This document shows positions 35,930-49,230 of a stretch of DNA of 49,453 nt, piece by piece. Below the pieces are notes generated by a model. The model was not told the origin of the DNA. It worked only from the letters and a program-made list of their open reading frames with translations, and searched no databases. The translations under genes were made by a program, and so were the position numbers. Source of the stretch: Octopus sinensis (taxonomy: Eukaryota); contig NW_021834336.1 in assembly GCF_006345805.1 (NCBI RefSeq), positions 1 to 49,453 of the forward strand. The letters are read 5' to 3'. Each line of letters begins with the position of its first letter. The first letter of the stretch is position 1.

Positions 35930-36560
35930 ATATATATATATACACACATACATGCATATATACATGCACACATACACACATACATACACACACACTCACA
36001 CACATACACTCATACACATCATACATACATACATACATACATACATACATACATACATACATACATACATACATACATACATACATACATACATACATAC
36101 AGATAGATAGACAGATAGACGTAGAAGGATTTAGATATACGCTTATTTGCTCACAAATATTTACGCTTAAACTCCTGCAAACTCACATAAACACATTCAT
36201 ATATATATATCTATATCCGTGTACATATGCATACACACATGCATATAAGCATACATAAACATACATACATATATACATACATACAGGTTTCCGCTTATAC
36301 ATGCACATGCACATATACAGAAACGGACAAACCTCGCTCATTCTACAGTAACATACACACGTACCCACATTCTACAGTAGCAAACATGTATCCACATACA
36401 CAACCAGCGCAAAAGCCGGCCTGTCTACTTGCACTCGTACACTTACATGTATATATATATTTATATACATGCATACATACATACACACATACACAAATAT
36501 ATGTATACAAATATATACATAATCACGCATTTAAACTCGTGTACAAATACATGAGTTTGA

Positions 36561-36624
36561 CAGGTACCACTGGTATCATTACGTATAATGTCTAATTCCT
36601 ACGTAATGATACCAGTGGTACCTG
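36561..36624. repeat. Perfect 25-bp inverted repeat with a 14-nt loop
   Basis: caggtaccactggtatcattacgta / tacgtaatgataccagtggtacctg. Confidence 0.95.
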
Positions 36625-37215
36625 CCCTAGATATAGAAACAAATAATGGAATAGGATACGAAGAACTTGTGACAAATCAAAGAGGGTGAACACGTGGTAT
36701 AAAACCGACAAATATCAAGGAATGATATTTGTAGAGGCTACAGCCCATGGAGAACTAGCCCGTAGATTTAAGAAAGCTCTGAAGGAGAACAAACTCAACA
36801 TTAAGATTGTGAAAAGCCAGGGAACTCCGTCAGATCACAACTATATAGGACGTACATCTTTGAGAATACCATATGCACCAATGATAACTGCATGGTATGT
36901 AGGATTAGCCCTGGCATTAACTGTAGAACAAGAAATGTACTTTACAGCATAAGATGCTTAGAAGGTGCTTGTAAAGACATGAACATGACATATATAGGGG
37001 AGACACCTTGGAGCATTCCGGAACGACTAAATGAACATCTGAGACAATATGACGATAAAAACAGTCCTCCATATTCTAACAACATACCAAAGACCACCAT
37101 GGAGGCAACTGGGGTCAACTTGACATCCGCAACTTATCCAAGCACCCAAAAGACCCAACACTCAAATACGTGAGTACGTCCTTATAAATGAAACCTCCCC
37201 AATACTAAATAGGAA
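36600..37215 (+). pseudogene. 5'-truncated Penelope-like element (Neptune-like): linker plus GIY-YIG endonuclease
   Basis: Reads GTCPRYRNK*WNR...NTWYKTDKYQGMIFVEATAHGEL.../EKPGNSVRSQL...ICTNDNCMVC...NCRTRNVLYSIRC...CKDMNMTYIGET...ERLNEH.../EYVLINETSPILNRK, with frameshifts and stops. Confidence 0.85.
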
Positions 37216-37771
37216 ATATACATAGTAGATATATCTCCATACCCACAGTTAACACAGGTAGGATAGAATAGTTAATGGGCTGTTATGTACATAGATGCAT
37301 GTATGTGTGTGTGGGTATATATGTGTATATGCACATGTATATAAGCATATGGATACGAAAATAAACAGATCAACATACAGACGGATAGGTACATAGGTTA
37401 TATGAACAGACAAGCACACAGACACAAATGGAGACTGAAACACATGACCATATATACACACACACTTTACTTCACACAAGGACACATGTCCACACATATG
37501 GAAATGCACATCCGTACATAGTTGCAAAACACACACACACAATGAGACAGAGAAGCATACATATACAAACACACGCTCACACACACACATACATAAAAAT
37601 ACACAAACACGGACATGCAAGCACATGAATTTGCAGAATACATACATACAAATGCATACAAAAATACATACATATATACATATGCATACACACACATATA
37701 TACATATACACACATGCATACATACATATATACATACATACATGCATGCATAGGCACACACACACACACAG

Positions 37772-37807
<36 letters not shown>

Positions 37808-38044
37808 ATCCACACACATGCGCACAAAGAAACAAAAAAGAACGCAGTGTAAATAACGGACAGAGTGAAAACTATTATTGAAAAGGTTGCAAGACGCAAT
37901 GAAAATTTTAGGAAAATAAGAAATAAGTGGAAATTTTACCGGTGAGTGTGTTACATTATAAGGCACAGAAAGAAAATGACACAACAGAATATGCTTCAAC
38001 AAATGAGCTAACATAAAGAATTTTGCAAACCAAATCCTAAAACG

Positions 38045-38089
<45 letters not shown>

Positions 38090-38882
38090 GGATCTAAATA
38101 TATATACAAGCGTATACAGTTGTACTTGTTTATATGAATTTTTGTGTGTGTAAGTGCGTGAGCGTGCGTGAGCGTGCGTGAGCGTGCGTGAGCGTGCGTG
38201 AGCGTGCGTGCGTGTCTGTATGTGCACGCGCACGTGCATGTCCATATTCGCAACCTAGCACTGCAATGATGCAAAACTAAGACACACAGACATTCGGACA
38301 GGCAGACAGACAGGCAGGCAGGCAAGCAGGCAGACAGACAAGCTGTTAGACAGTCTACTAAAATTGATGTCCGCCCCAGAGAAGGTGAGGTTATAAGTTC
38401 ACCGGGGTCAGGAGAAACCAATGAACGAGGTCTGAAATTGGATGTCATACCAGTTCGATTTTTGTTAGACGCATATAGCGAGGTTTGCGCATTGGTGGGA
38501 GGGCGGAATGGTGAAGAAGGGGCGGTGAAATTGATGTGAAACCTTAAATGAGTAATGAGCTAGCCTCGATGTGGTCAGTGAGAAATTGACACCAGTTGTT
38601 CTCGTGTGTGTGTGTGTGTGTGTGTGTGCATGTGTTTGCGTATGTATATGTTTACGTGTCGTGTGTATGTGTCTGCGCATAAATGTGTGCACATATGTAT
38701 TATTTGTGATTGTATTTATGTACGTGTATGGGCTGATATTGTTTGCATGTCTCTCTGAGTATATGATTGCACACAAACGCATGCGCATAGACACTTTCAG
38801 ACTCAAATAAACACACATGTATATAGGTGTGTATTTACATATATATATATGTGTGTGTGTGCGAGTGTGTGCATATGTATAT

Positions 38883-38940
<58 letters not shown>

Positions 38941-39118
38941 CATATATACACATATATATCTATGTATATAGTACATAAGAAACGTAACATTCGTGTCTTA
39001 TATTTGTATATATGTTATAGATATATACTCATACCCCGTCCACTCACAAACACATATACAAATGCACACATATATACACACATAACATTGACTATCGCAC
39101 GTAATATGTTATATGACA

Positions 39119-39178
<60 letters not shown>

Positions 39179-39264
39179 ATTATAATATTATATATACATA
39201 TACTATACATACATATACATATATATAGTATATGTACGTATTATATACATCATATATATATATA

Positions 39265-39314
<50 letters not shown>

Positions 39315-39514
39315 TATGTGTGTGTATGTGTGTGTATGCAAGGATGGATGCCTGAATGTATGCATGTATGTATAAGTGTATGCATCTTCGAATGTGTTGT
39401 CACTTAAGCACATATACATACATATATATATATATATATATACAGATGTACACGTCCATATACACACCAACACAGTTTATCGTACGCACATTAAACAACT
39501 ACATTAATGTCCTC

Positions 39515-39547
<33 letters not shown>

Positions 39548-40360
39548 TACGCACGTGTATGTTAAGTATTTATAGATGTTACGTATGTATGTTTGCATGC
39601 ATGTATGTATCTATGAATCTGTATGAATTTATGATTAAGCACACATACATACGCACACACACACATACAGATACACAAAACTATCTCGGTAGAATTCCGT
39701 TTACCTCTATTATTGCATTGGTAACTTTTCGCCGATTTCTTTATCTTTCAGCCAAAAAAGGTGAGGTTCGAACCAAACGCTTTGCGGGTAGCTGTTTCGT
39801 TTTTTTAGCTTCACGGTTCGAATCCCGCTGAGGTCATCTTTTACTTGTTGCTGGAGTGCGGCCATGCCCTGGCCCCGCCTTAATGGGTTCAGTTGACCCC
39901 GGTTCTATATATATGCATATATACATATGTATATATATACCTATATACTTATAAACATACATATATATATATGTGTATATATATATACACACATACATAT
40001 ATACATACACACCGACAACTGACACACACACACACACACATATTGATGACATTCGTATTTGAAAAATGTAAACCTCGCATTAGTTAATTAGTAATAACTT
40101 ACAAATCAGATAGCAATATAATATTATATACATTCATACATAGATATATTCATACACACATACACACACACACACACACACGCATACATGTATGCACTCT
40201 GGAGAAATATCGTATAGATAAATATCTGACTTAGTGTGGAATCGCGTGTCTGTAATTTAGATCTTACAGCCCTTGGGAATTTATCCTCAATATCGTTTGA
40301 GGGGACTTCATAATTTTCGTATGCACACGCGCTCGTACACACACACACATTCATCCCATA

Positions 40361-40412
<52 letters not shown>

Positions 40413-40424
40413 CTCACATATTTA

Positions 40425-40464
<40 letters not shown>

Positions 40465-40564
40465 CATCTATATGTACGTATATGTCTGTATACATATATA
40501 TGTGTCATATAGTGTGTATATAGCTATCTACTGTGCATATCTATATATACCTATCTATATATAC

Positions 40565-40599
<35 letters not shown>

Positions 40600-41499
40600 A
40601 TATATATATATATACATACAGAATAGATAGATGATAGGACTGACAGACAGCAAATATTTATATTAGACAAGTGTTAAAAGAATATGCGATCTATCTGCTC
40701 TCCAGGTCCTTTACTGCAAATAGCCGTTACGTGGTAGCAAGCCGTACTAGAAATAGCAGCCAAAGCTTGTCTAACTATAAATATCTGCTGCAAAAGAAAA
40801 GTAGAGAGCTATATCATGAAGTACAATGTATACATAAATCATATGAACACATATATACAAACTAGAATAGTTAAGTAAAAAGTAATGTTGCCATTATTTT
40901 GTCCAAACGCTATTTGTAAATACATGCATATAGATGTATGTTTGTGGGGGTTGTATACATCTGCGATGACTGATTTAATAAGCGATGCTGTGTATTTTAC
41001 AATTCTGTAAATAATAATCTATAATACATTAAATGTCAGTTTGAATCTTGCTTGCTTGCTTACAATGTTACACAGCCGAACTGGATAACATTTTCGCTTT
41101 TGTTAAACACAATAATATAATCATCTAGAAAAAGTTTTAAGTGAATGTGATTTCAAAAATGTAAGTTGTTTGTACAGTAAGTATCTATATTTTAGCTTTC
41201 TTTGAACAGACAATATTTTAATGTTTTTTAAAAAATATTTTCAAGTGAATACCTTAAGAAAATTTTTGGCATATTTAAAAATTAGTTTAAAGTGAAAATA
41301 ACTTTAAAAATACGGTAAATATTTCGTAAAAGACCCGTTCGTAAGCACAGTATGAAATAGTTTTTTTCTCCGTAAGTTTTTTCAAGTGCATTGAACGTGT
41401 CTCACCTCTAAAGATGTGGCTGCTATTTCTAGCACGGCCTGCTACTATGTAACAGCTATTTGCGATAAAGGACCTGAAATACTTCTTACGTGGTAGCAG

Positions 41500-41705
41500 G
41501 GTGTGCAAGAAGCAACCAAATCTTTCTTTTTCTGGGGGGAAAGGAGCTGTTTACGCAAGATTTCCATGTCACATTCATTGAAAGCAAGTGAAATAACTGG
41601 AAAAGAAAAAAAAACATGGAACAAAACTCCATTGCTGGGAAACTCAGAGTTTCCCGGAGACCCAACGGGTCGCGGGTTATCTAGTAATAATAATAATAAT
41701 AATAA

Positions 41706-41745
<40 letters not shown>
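41500..41745 (+). mobile_element. Possible R4/Dong-like 3' end with (TAA)n tail
   Basis: A KTPLLGN motif resembles QKTALLGT, followed by a short UTR and (TAA)n; weak. Confidence 0.35.
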
Positions 41746-41901
41746 TTATAGTCTAATATTGGTGCATAATATATGTACACACACCTCGCGCACACGTGCA
41801 CACACAAACAGATACACTCACACACACACATACACACGCACACAGCTATATACATATATATATATATATCTATATGTATAGTTATATCCATATATATATC
41901 C

Positions 41902-41937
<36 letters not shown>

Positions 41938-42527
41938 TGTGTGTAAAAAAATACAAACTGGAACAAGAACGCAACATTTAGAAGGCGAGACAAAAAAACA
42001 CGGACGGGACATTCGAAGCCCTCAATCTTTCAGTAAGAACCGGATCAATCCTCGCAATTCGGCTGATTAATCTTGAGATTGCTCGCGATCTGGCCAGCCC
42101 CAAAGGAAAATCTAAGCCAAGAGCATTAGATTCCTGGGAAGAAAGCCTGTCTCGAATGTATACAAAGTAAGGACGGAAAAACGGACGATGTTACACGAAT
42201 AAGAATACAAAACTACGTAAAAACAATAATGATAATAATAATAATAACTAAGACAGGACGTCACAGACAGGCGTCTTTCGACAGGACGAGTAAACTTTGA
42301 GCTGGCATGTTAGAAAAATGCCTTAGGGCAGAGAGAGAAAAAATGTGTCTTGCCGCGACGTACTATCCAAAACAATTTAATTCGAGTCCAAGAGACTTAA
42401 AACTTCGCATGTTCCTTACAGAGACTTACCTCTTTCAAGCTCGGTTTCCCGAGCCTGGAAAAGCTAGATTTACTTGTTGCAGCCCATAAATTGCGGCCAT
42501 GCTGAAGTCCATCTATACAAACGCAAT

Positions 42528-42740
42528 GTAGAGGCGCAATGGCCTAGTGGTTAGGGCAGCGGACTCGCGTCGCAGGATCGGGTTTCGATCTCAGAATGGG
42601 CGTTGTGTGTGTGTTTATTGAGCGGAAAACACCTAAAAGCTCTACGAGGCTGGAAGGGTGTGTGATCCCTGCGTGTATCTTTCACCACAATGGCGGTGCC
42701 CCAGCATGGCCACAGCTCAAGAGCTGAAACTGGAAAAACA
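42528..42740 (+). mobile_element. Family E SINE with tail 4
   Basis: Homolog of 35721-35929. Confidence 0.8.
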
Positions 42741-42974
42741 AAAACAACAAAAACCAAAAAAACGTGAATAATTCCTCCCCACTTATCTCTCGCTCTCTCT
42801 GTCGATAACACACAATCACAGTCTCTCATACACCCTTCCTATTTATGGCGGACGCATGTGAGAGTGGTACGTTAGCGTATGTATGAGATGTTACGCATAG
42901 TATATGCATGTTATGGTGTGTGTGTGTTTGTGGGTCTGTGTGTGGATGTAGTATGCACTGTGTATATATATATA

Positions 42975-43007
<33 letters not shown>

Positions 43008-43739
43008 TATATATATGTATATATACATACATGATACTATAATATATAGATATTTCAAACACACACACACACACACACACACGAACACACTAATCCACAC
43101 CACATATGCATGTACGTATATACTTAAAACATGTAAATATATATGTATGTGTATATATGTGCATACATATAAATATATATATATATATAAATATGTGTGT
43201 GGGTGTGAGTAGGTATCTATATACATGTATGTATAAATAAATATATGCATATATATATGTATATGTATGTATGTCTGTATATACATATGTCTGTATATGC
43301 ATATATATATGTATGTGTGTGTGTGTGTGTGGTGGTGTATGTGTGTGTGTATATGTGTGTGTGTGTATGTATGTACGTATATATGTATATATGCATGTGT
43401 GTGTGTGTGTGTTGTGTGTGTGTGTGTGTGTGTGTGAGTGTGTGTATGTATGTACGTATATATGTATATATGCATGTGTGTGTGTGTGTGTGTGTGTGGG
43501 TGTGTGTGTATTACCTCGACCCCCGCCTTAAAATTGTCTGTTCTGCAGCCAGATCTTTTTGGCACTTTTTTTTCTTCCCTAACTCTCCCACGTCTCGCAG
43601 ACAATTATTACGGTCTGTGCCCTCATCCGGAACAAATTCCCACGCTGCCCCCAACATATGCCTAGCTGCCCTCGGCATGTGTTAAAACACCGTGTTATTC
43701 AACTGTGACCCACTTCGAAATCGCTGTCTACTCCACCCC

Positions 43740-44570
43740 CACCCCCACCCTCCACATACACACAAGCACACACATACACTCATACACACTCACATACACA
43801 TATACACGCACGCGCATACATACATATATTCACACAGACACACACACATATGCACAAGCACATACACATAATACACATACACATACAGACACGCACATAA
43901 ACATACACACACGCACATACACATACGTATACAAACACGCACATACACATATACACACATATACATGCACACACACATGCACATCACATAGTTCAAACAC
44001 GCACATACACATATACACACATAACATGCGCACACACACCACCATACACATAGGATACAAACACGCACATACACATATACACACATATACATGCACACAC
44101 ACACGCACATACACATACGTATACAAACACGCACATACACATATACACACATATACATGCGCACACACACGCACATACACATACGTATACAAACACGCAC
44201 ATACACATATACACACATATACATGGCGCCCACACCGCACATACACATACGTATACAAACACGCACTACACATATACACACTACATGCGCACACACACGC
44301 ACATACACAGACGTATACAAACAAGACACATACACAAACATACATATACACACAATACATGCACAACACACACGCACATACACATACGTATACAAAAACG
44401 CACATACACATATACAACATATACATGCAAACAACACACGACATACACATAGTATACAAACACGCACATACACATATACACACATATACATGCACACACA
44501 CACATGCACATACACATACTCACAAATACACATACGCATATACACACACACACATACACACACACAGAGG
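43740..44570. repeat. (CA)/(TA)-derived array with an about 66-bp higher-order unit
   Basis: Recurring acacgcacatacacatacgtatacaaacacgcacatacacatatacacacatatacatgc; shows as a 22-aa period in the ORF track. Confidence 0.8.
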
Positions 44571-44884
44571 GGCAAACTTGGGGGTTTCTCACACACACCT
44601 AAATGTAGTCAATACATGGGCGCTTCTATGGGTTTGTGCCAGCGTAAGTTCACCTAGGTGTACACATATACATTAGCACACTCGTTTAGAGACAGACATA
44701 TTGATACATATACACAGAAACACAAATACAGTCATACATACAGGTATGTACAAATACATACACACGCGCACACACATGCACTGAAACACACATAGAGGTT
44801 TCCCCACACACATATACATCATAAACATATACATAAATGAATGTGTATTATAATAACACACACGTTTAGAGTGACACAAAGGAA

Positions 44885-45029
44885 TACTGTGTGGTAAGTA
44901 GCTTGCTTCCCAGCCACATGGTTCCGGGTTCAGTACCTCTGCGTGGAAACTTGGGCAGGTGACTGTTACTATAGCCTTGGGCCGACCAAAGCCTTGTGAG
45001 TGGATTAGGTAGACAGAAACCGAAAGAAG

Positions 45030-45035
<6 letters not shown>
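44885..45035 (+). mobile_element. C part of a C-D SINE
   Basis: Homology to the C module. Confidence 0.8.
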
Positions 45036-45064
<29 letters not shown>

Positions 45065-45065
<1 letters not shown>

Positions 45066-45280
45066 AAAATGTGAGCGCGTGTGTACCGTTGGCGATTCGT
45101 TTTCCTCCGTCTTCCCTTCTCTGGATCTTTCCTTTTCCTATGTTTCTGACGAAGAGCTCCGCTCGAAACGTAAAACCCTCCTTCTTCCCTTCCTTCCTGA
45201 GCGTCCAATAATACTATACTTGTTCCACGTCCTCGCGTTGTTGTGCTTTCTCTTTGTGTTTTCATGTTTGGATTAACTTT
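45065..45280 (+). mobile_element. PLE-like pLTR fragment (family F) with minimal HHR at 45142-45176
   Basis: gttt|CTGACGA|a-gagc-tcc-gctc|GAAA|cg|TA|aaac; ends at (TA)n. Confidence 0.75.
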
Positions 45281-45484
45281 ATATATATATATATATATAT
45301 TGCACGGTGATCGCCATAAGCTTTAAGCATATTTAAAAATACCATTATTATTATTAACAGGATTGTAAAAATGGCGCCGTACAAAACACCATTCGCACCG
45401 AAAGCATATAGAAAGTTTGTTTACATATTAAAAAAAAAGCACACGAACCATTATAGTTCTTAAATTTGACAGGCAAAGGATGCG

Positions 45485-45573
45485 GATTCGCTGGTGTAAA
45501 GGTAACACATTTAGTCGAGTTAACGAAGGGATGTGAGTTCGATTCCCACGCGGATAGGAAAGCCCTATTTTTT
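45485..45573 (+). ncRNA. tRNA-like Pol III unit (degenerate anticodon arm) with T6 terminator, between direct repeats
   Basis: Acceptor attcgc/gcggat, D stem gtgt/acac, T arm gtgag-ttcgatt-cccac, and TTTTTT at 45568-45573. Confidence 0.5.
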
Positions 45574-45742
45574 CTGTCGTATGCCCCTTAATTAGACTAT
45601 TTCCTTAGACATTGCACGGTGATAGGTTTAAGCTTAGATAAAAATTCCATTATTATCATTTACAGGATTGTAAAAACGGCGCCGTATAAAAAAAGCCATT
45701 CGCACCAAAAGATATATGTATATATACGCACATATATATAAT

Positions 45743-46123
45743 GAAGCACTCCGTCGGTTACGACGACGAGGGTTCCGGTTGATCCGAATCAACGGAACAG
45801 CCTGCTCGTGAAATTAACGTGTAAGTGGCTGAGCACTCCACAGACACGTGTACCCTTAACGTAGTTCTCGGGGATATTCAGCGTGACGCAGAGAGCGACA
45901 AGGCCGGCCCTTTGAAATACAGATACACAGAAACAGGAAGTAAGAGTGAGAGAAAGTGTGGGGAAAGAGTACAGAGGGATCACCACATCCCCTGCCGGAG
46001 CCTCGTGGAGCTTTAGGTGTTTTCGCGCTCAATAAACACTCACAACGCCCGGTCAGGGAATCGAAACCGCGATCCTATGACCGCGAGTCCGCTGCCCTAA
46101 CACTGGGCCATTGCGCCCTCCAC
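45743..46123 (-). mobile_element. Full-length family E SINE with tail 1
   Basis: Homolog of 26267-26644. Confidence 0.85.
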
Positions 46124-46468
46124 TATATATATGTAACTACACGTAGACTGTTGGCGATTTTTTCACCTTTTTCTTTGGGATTTTCTTATGTCTCTTGTTT
46201 CTGAAACAACTACTCTTTCCTTCTCTGAGGTTCATTATACTTTGCGTATACGTCTGCGTTGTTGTTTTCTTTTTCTTTCTTGTCTTTTTTCTCCGTTTTA
46301 ATTACTCTGTGTGTATGTGTGTGTGTGTTGTGTGTGTGGTTGTGTGTGTGTTGTGTGGTGTGTGTTTGGGTGTGGTTGGTGTTGTGTGTGTGTGTGTGTG
46401 TTTGTTTGTTTGTTTATTGTGTCTGGGTTCAGTCGTTCTCTTTTAGTGCCGTATTATTTAACACACAC

Positions 46469-46585
46469 ACCGGTTTGATTTCCACTCATTTATTTTTTAT
46501 GAAATTTTTATTGCGTCTTGCAACCTTCTAAAGATCCAACGAAAATTTTATAAAAAATAAGTAAATGAGTTGAAATTAAACCGGT
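46469..46585. mobile_element. Miniature fold-back (about 40-bp arms) between (CA)n and (TATG)n
   Basis: accggtttgatttccactcattt... and ...aaatgagttgaaattaaaccggt; the spacer matches 37883-37920 in reverse. Confidence 0.65.
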
Positions 46586-46679
46586 GTATGTATGTATGTA
46601 TGTTTGTATGTATGTATGTATGTATGTATGTATGTATGTATGTATGTATGTACGTATGTATGTATGTATATAGTTATGT

Positions 46680-46890
46680 GTGTGTCTCTTTGTGTCTGTG
46701 CTTGTTCCCTCGCCATCACTTGACAACCGATGTCGATGCATTTAAGTTCCCGTAACCTAGCGGCTCGGCAAAAGAAACCGATAGAATAAGTACTAGGTTT
46801 ACAAAGAATAAGTCCTGTGGTCGATTTCTTCGACTACAACCTGGCAGTGCTCCAGTATGGCAGCAGTCATACTGTAAACGAATAAAAGAA
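46680..46890 (+). mobile_element. D part of a C-D SINE
   Basis: Homology to the D module. Confidence 0.8.
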
Positions 46891-47104
46891 TACACACAGA
46901 CACATACTCATACATATAGGCATACGGTATATATACATACACACATATACGCACACACATATAGACATAGAAATACATACATATGTACACATACCAATAT
47001 ATATAGGCACACACACACATACACACATATATAAACACAAATACATAAGCACACACCCATAATATAGACACACACACATACACATATATAAACACAAATA
47101 CATG

Positions 47105-47270
47105 GGACACGACTGGTTCTTTGAAATACAAGTACAACTCATTTTTGCCAGCAGAGTGGACTGGAGCGACTTGAGCCTAACTCAAGAACAAAATGTGTCG
47201 CCGGAATTCGAACTCCGAAAGAACGATCGTGAGCCGAATACCCTAACCACTAAGCCACGCACTTTCACAC
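47105..47270 (-). mobile_element. CORE-type SINE, diverged
   Basis: ctcatttttgccagcagagtggactggagc...ccctaaccactaagccacgc. Confidence 0.7.
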
Positions 47271-47797
47271 TACTATTACAACTACTACAGTACAAAAACT
47301 ACCACCGCCACAACCACTAGTACTATAAAATGATCACCACCAGTACAACCACTAATGCCAGCACAACAACAAGAATTACCACAACACCATTCCTACTAAT
47401 ACCACCACCACAACTACTACTACTTCCACAACTACCTACCCCACTACAATACCAACTACAACCATCCCAACAACCACTACCAACATAGCAGTTCTATCAC
47501 CACCAGTAAACTATCAAGTCATTCGTTTTTCGCACGAGATTATTTGCTGCTCTGATACAACTGAAAAGTACCACCCGGTTTACCTACATCCTCGCCCACC
47601 CCTCCGTCCCACCCGTCAAGACACCCTTGCCGCACTCCACTCGCTCCTGGCTTGTCACACGTTCCCTCAACCCAAACACCTTTACCCCCACCTCCTTTCA
47701 CTTCACAAACTGCAAATATTTACATCTTCCCTATTTGACGTAACCTTTCTAATAAACAGTTTTCGGCTTCTTGACTGTTTACTAAATGTATGTATGA

Positions 47798-47844
<47 letters not shown>

Positions 47845-48022
47845 TGTGTGTGTGTGTGTGTATGTGTGTGTGTGTGAAGATCTGCACGAGTGTATATACA
47901 ATGGTGTATGCGTCTTTCCTAGTGTTCTATCAATCTAGCCACAAGCTAACCACATATATATTGTTCTTACTCTTACCCTCTCGCATTTTCTAAATATTAC
48001 ACAAGCAAACACACACACACAC

Positions 48023-48054
<32 letters not shown>

Positions 48055-48221
48055 GTGTAGATGTAGATAGATTGATAGATAGGATATAGATGGATATAAA
48101 CATGCATGTGTGTGTGTATGAAGTGAGGGTGGCAGAGAGAAGAGAGAATATAATGCATACCAGCAGTCACACTATTTATAGATACGAATGTGTTATATTA
48201 TATATGTATAGATATATATAA

Positions 48222-48261
<40 letters not shown>

Positions 48262-48271
48262 TATATGTATG

Positions 48272-48304
<33 letters not shown>

Positions 48305-48681
48305 ATATATAATATTATATATTATTATATATTATATAATATATAAATATAAATATACAATTTATACCTATATACGTAAGTAATTATGTTCACACATACA
48401 CACCATACAAACACCACATGCATACATACATACCTGTCAACCACGCCACTACATATATCTAATTTCAGTACATACAGACATTTGGTCACCACTCTGGACC
48501 CTAAGCATATATATGTCAGATCTATCTATCCAGACCAGGCCTGCATTTTACCTTTTATGGGCATCGAACAGGACCCTCAGTTTTTGGGGACGTAGCAATC
48601 TAGTTTCCTTCAACAGCCCTACTAAACCAACTGAAAACATTTCAAGGATACAATAATGGTCTACACCAGTGGTTCCCACAC

Positions 48682-48905
48682 TCGTTGGCTTCAGGAACTT
48701 TTTGGCTCCAGGTTTTAGCGCCCGAACTTTTTTTGCGCAAGGTTTTGGCTCCCGAACTTTTTGGCTCCAGGTTCTGGTTCCCGAACTTTCTGGCTCCAGG
48801 TTTTGGTTCCCGAACTTTTTGGCCCTAGGTTCTGGCTCCCGAACGTTTTGGCTCCCGAAATTTATGGCTCCAGGTTTTGGCTCCCGAACTTTTGGGCTCC
48901 AAGTT
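48682..48905. repeat. 29-bp minisatellite (ggttttggctcccgaactttttggctcca), about 7 units
   Basis: Directly visible tandem units. Confidence 0.85.
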
Positions 48906-48989
48906 TCATACAAAACTATTTTTCCACGGACCGAGGAATCATGCGCTTAACAAAAACATTATAAAGAGCATGATATGTAATTCATATGG

Positions 48990-49230
48990 GAACGGAACAA
49001 CGGAACAGCCTGCTCGTGAAATAATGTGCAAGTGGCTGAGTACTCCGCAAACACGTGTATTCTTAACGTAGTTCTCAGGGAGATTCAGCGTAACGCAGGC
49101 TGTGACACGACTGGCCCTTTGAATTATAAGTACTATTCATTTTTGCCAGCTGAGCGAACTGGAGCAATGTGAAGTAAAGTGCCTTGCTCAAGGACCTAGC
49201 GTGTCACTGGGAATTGAACTCACTAAGCCA
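48990..49230 (-). mobile_element. CORE-type SINE carrying tail 1 (otherwise found on family E)
   Basis: acggaacagcctgctcgtgaaa...gtggctgagtactcc (tail 1) joined to gccagctgagcgaactggagcaatgtgaagtaaagtgccttgctcaagg (CORE). Confidence 0.7.

Noticed and set aside
41945-42480. Further PLE-like terminal fragments with possible HHR remnants
   Set aside because: The core motifs are too degenerate to fold, and there is no second copy in the window to confirm them.
43705-44676. 323-aa, 268-aa and 223-aa ORFs
   Set aside because: They are translations of a (CA)/(TA) array (His/Thr/Tyr or Val/Cys/Met alternation) open on both strands, with no domain.
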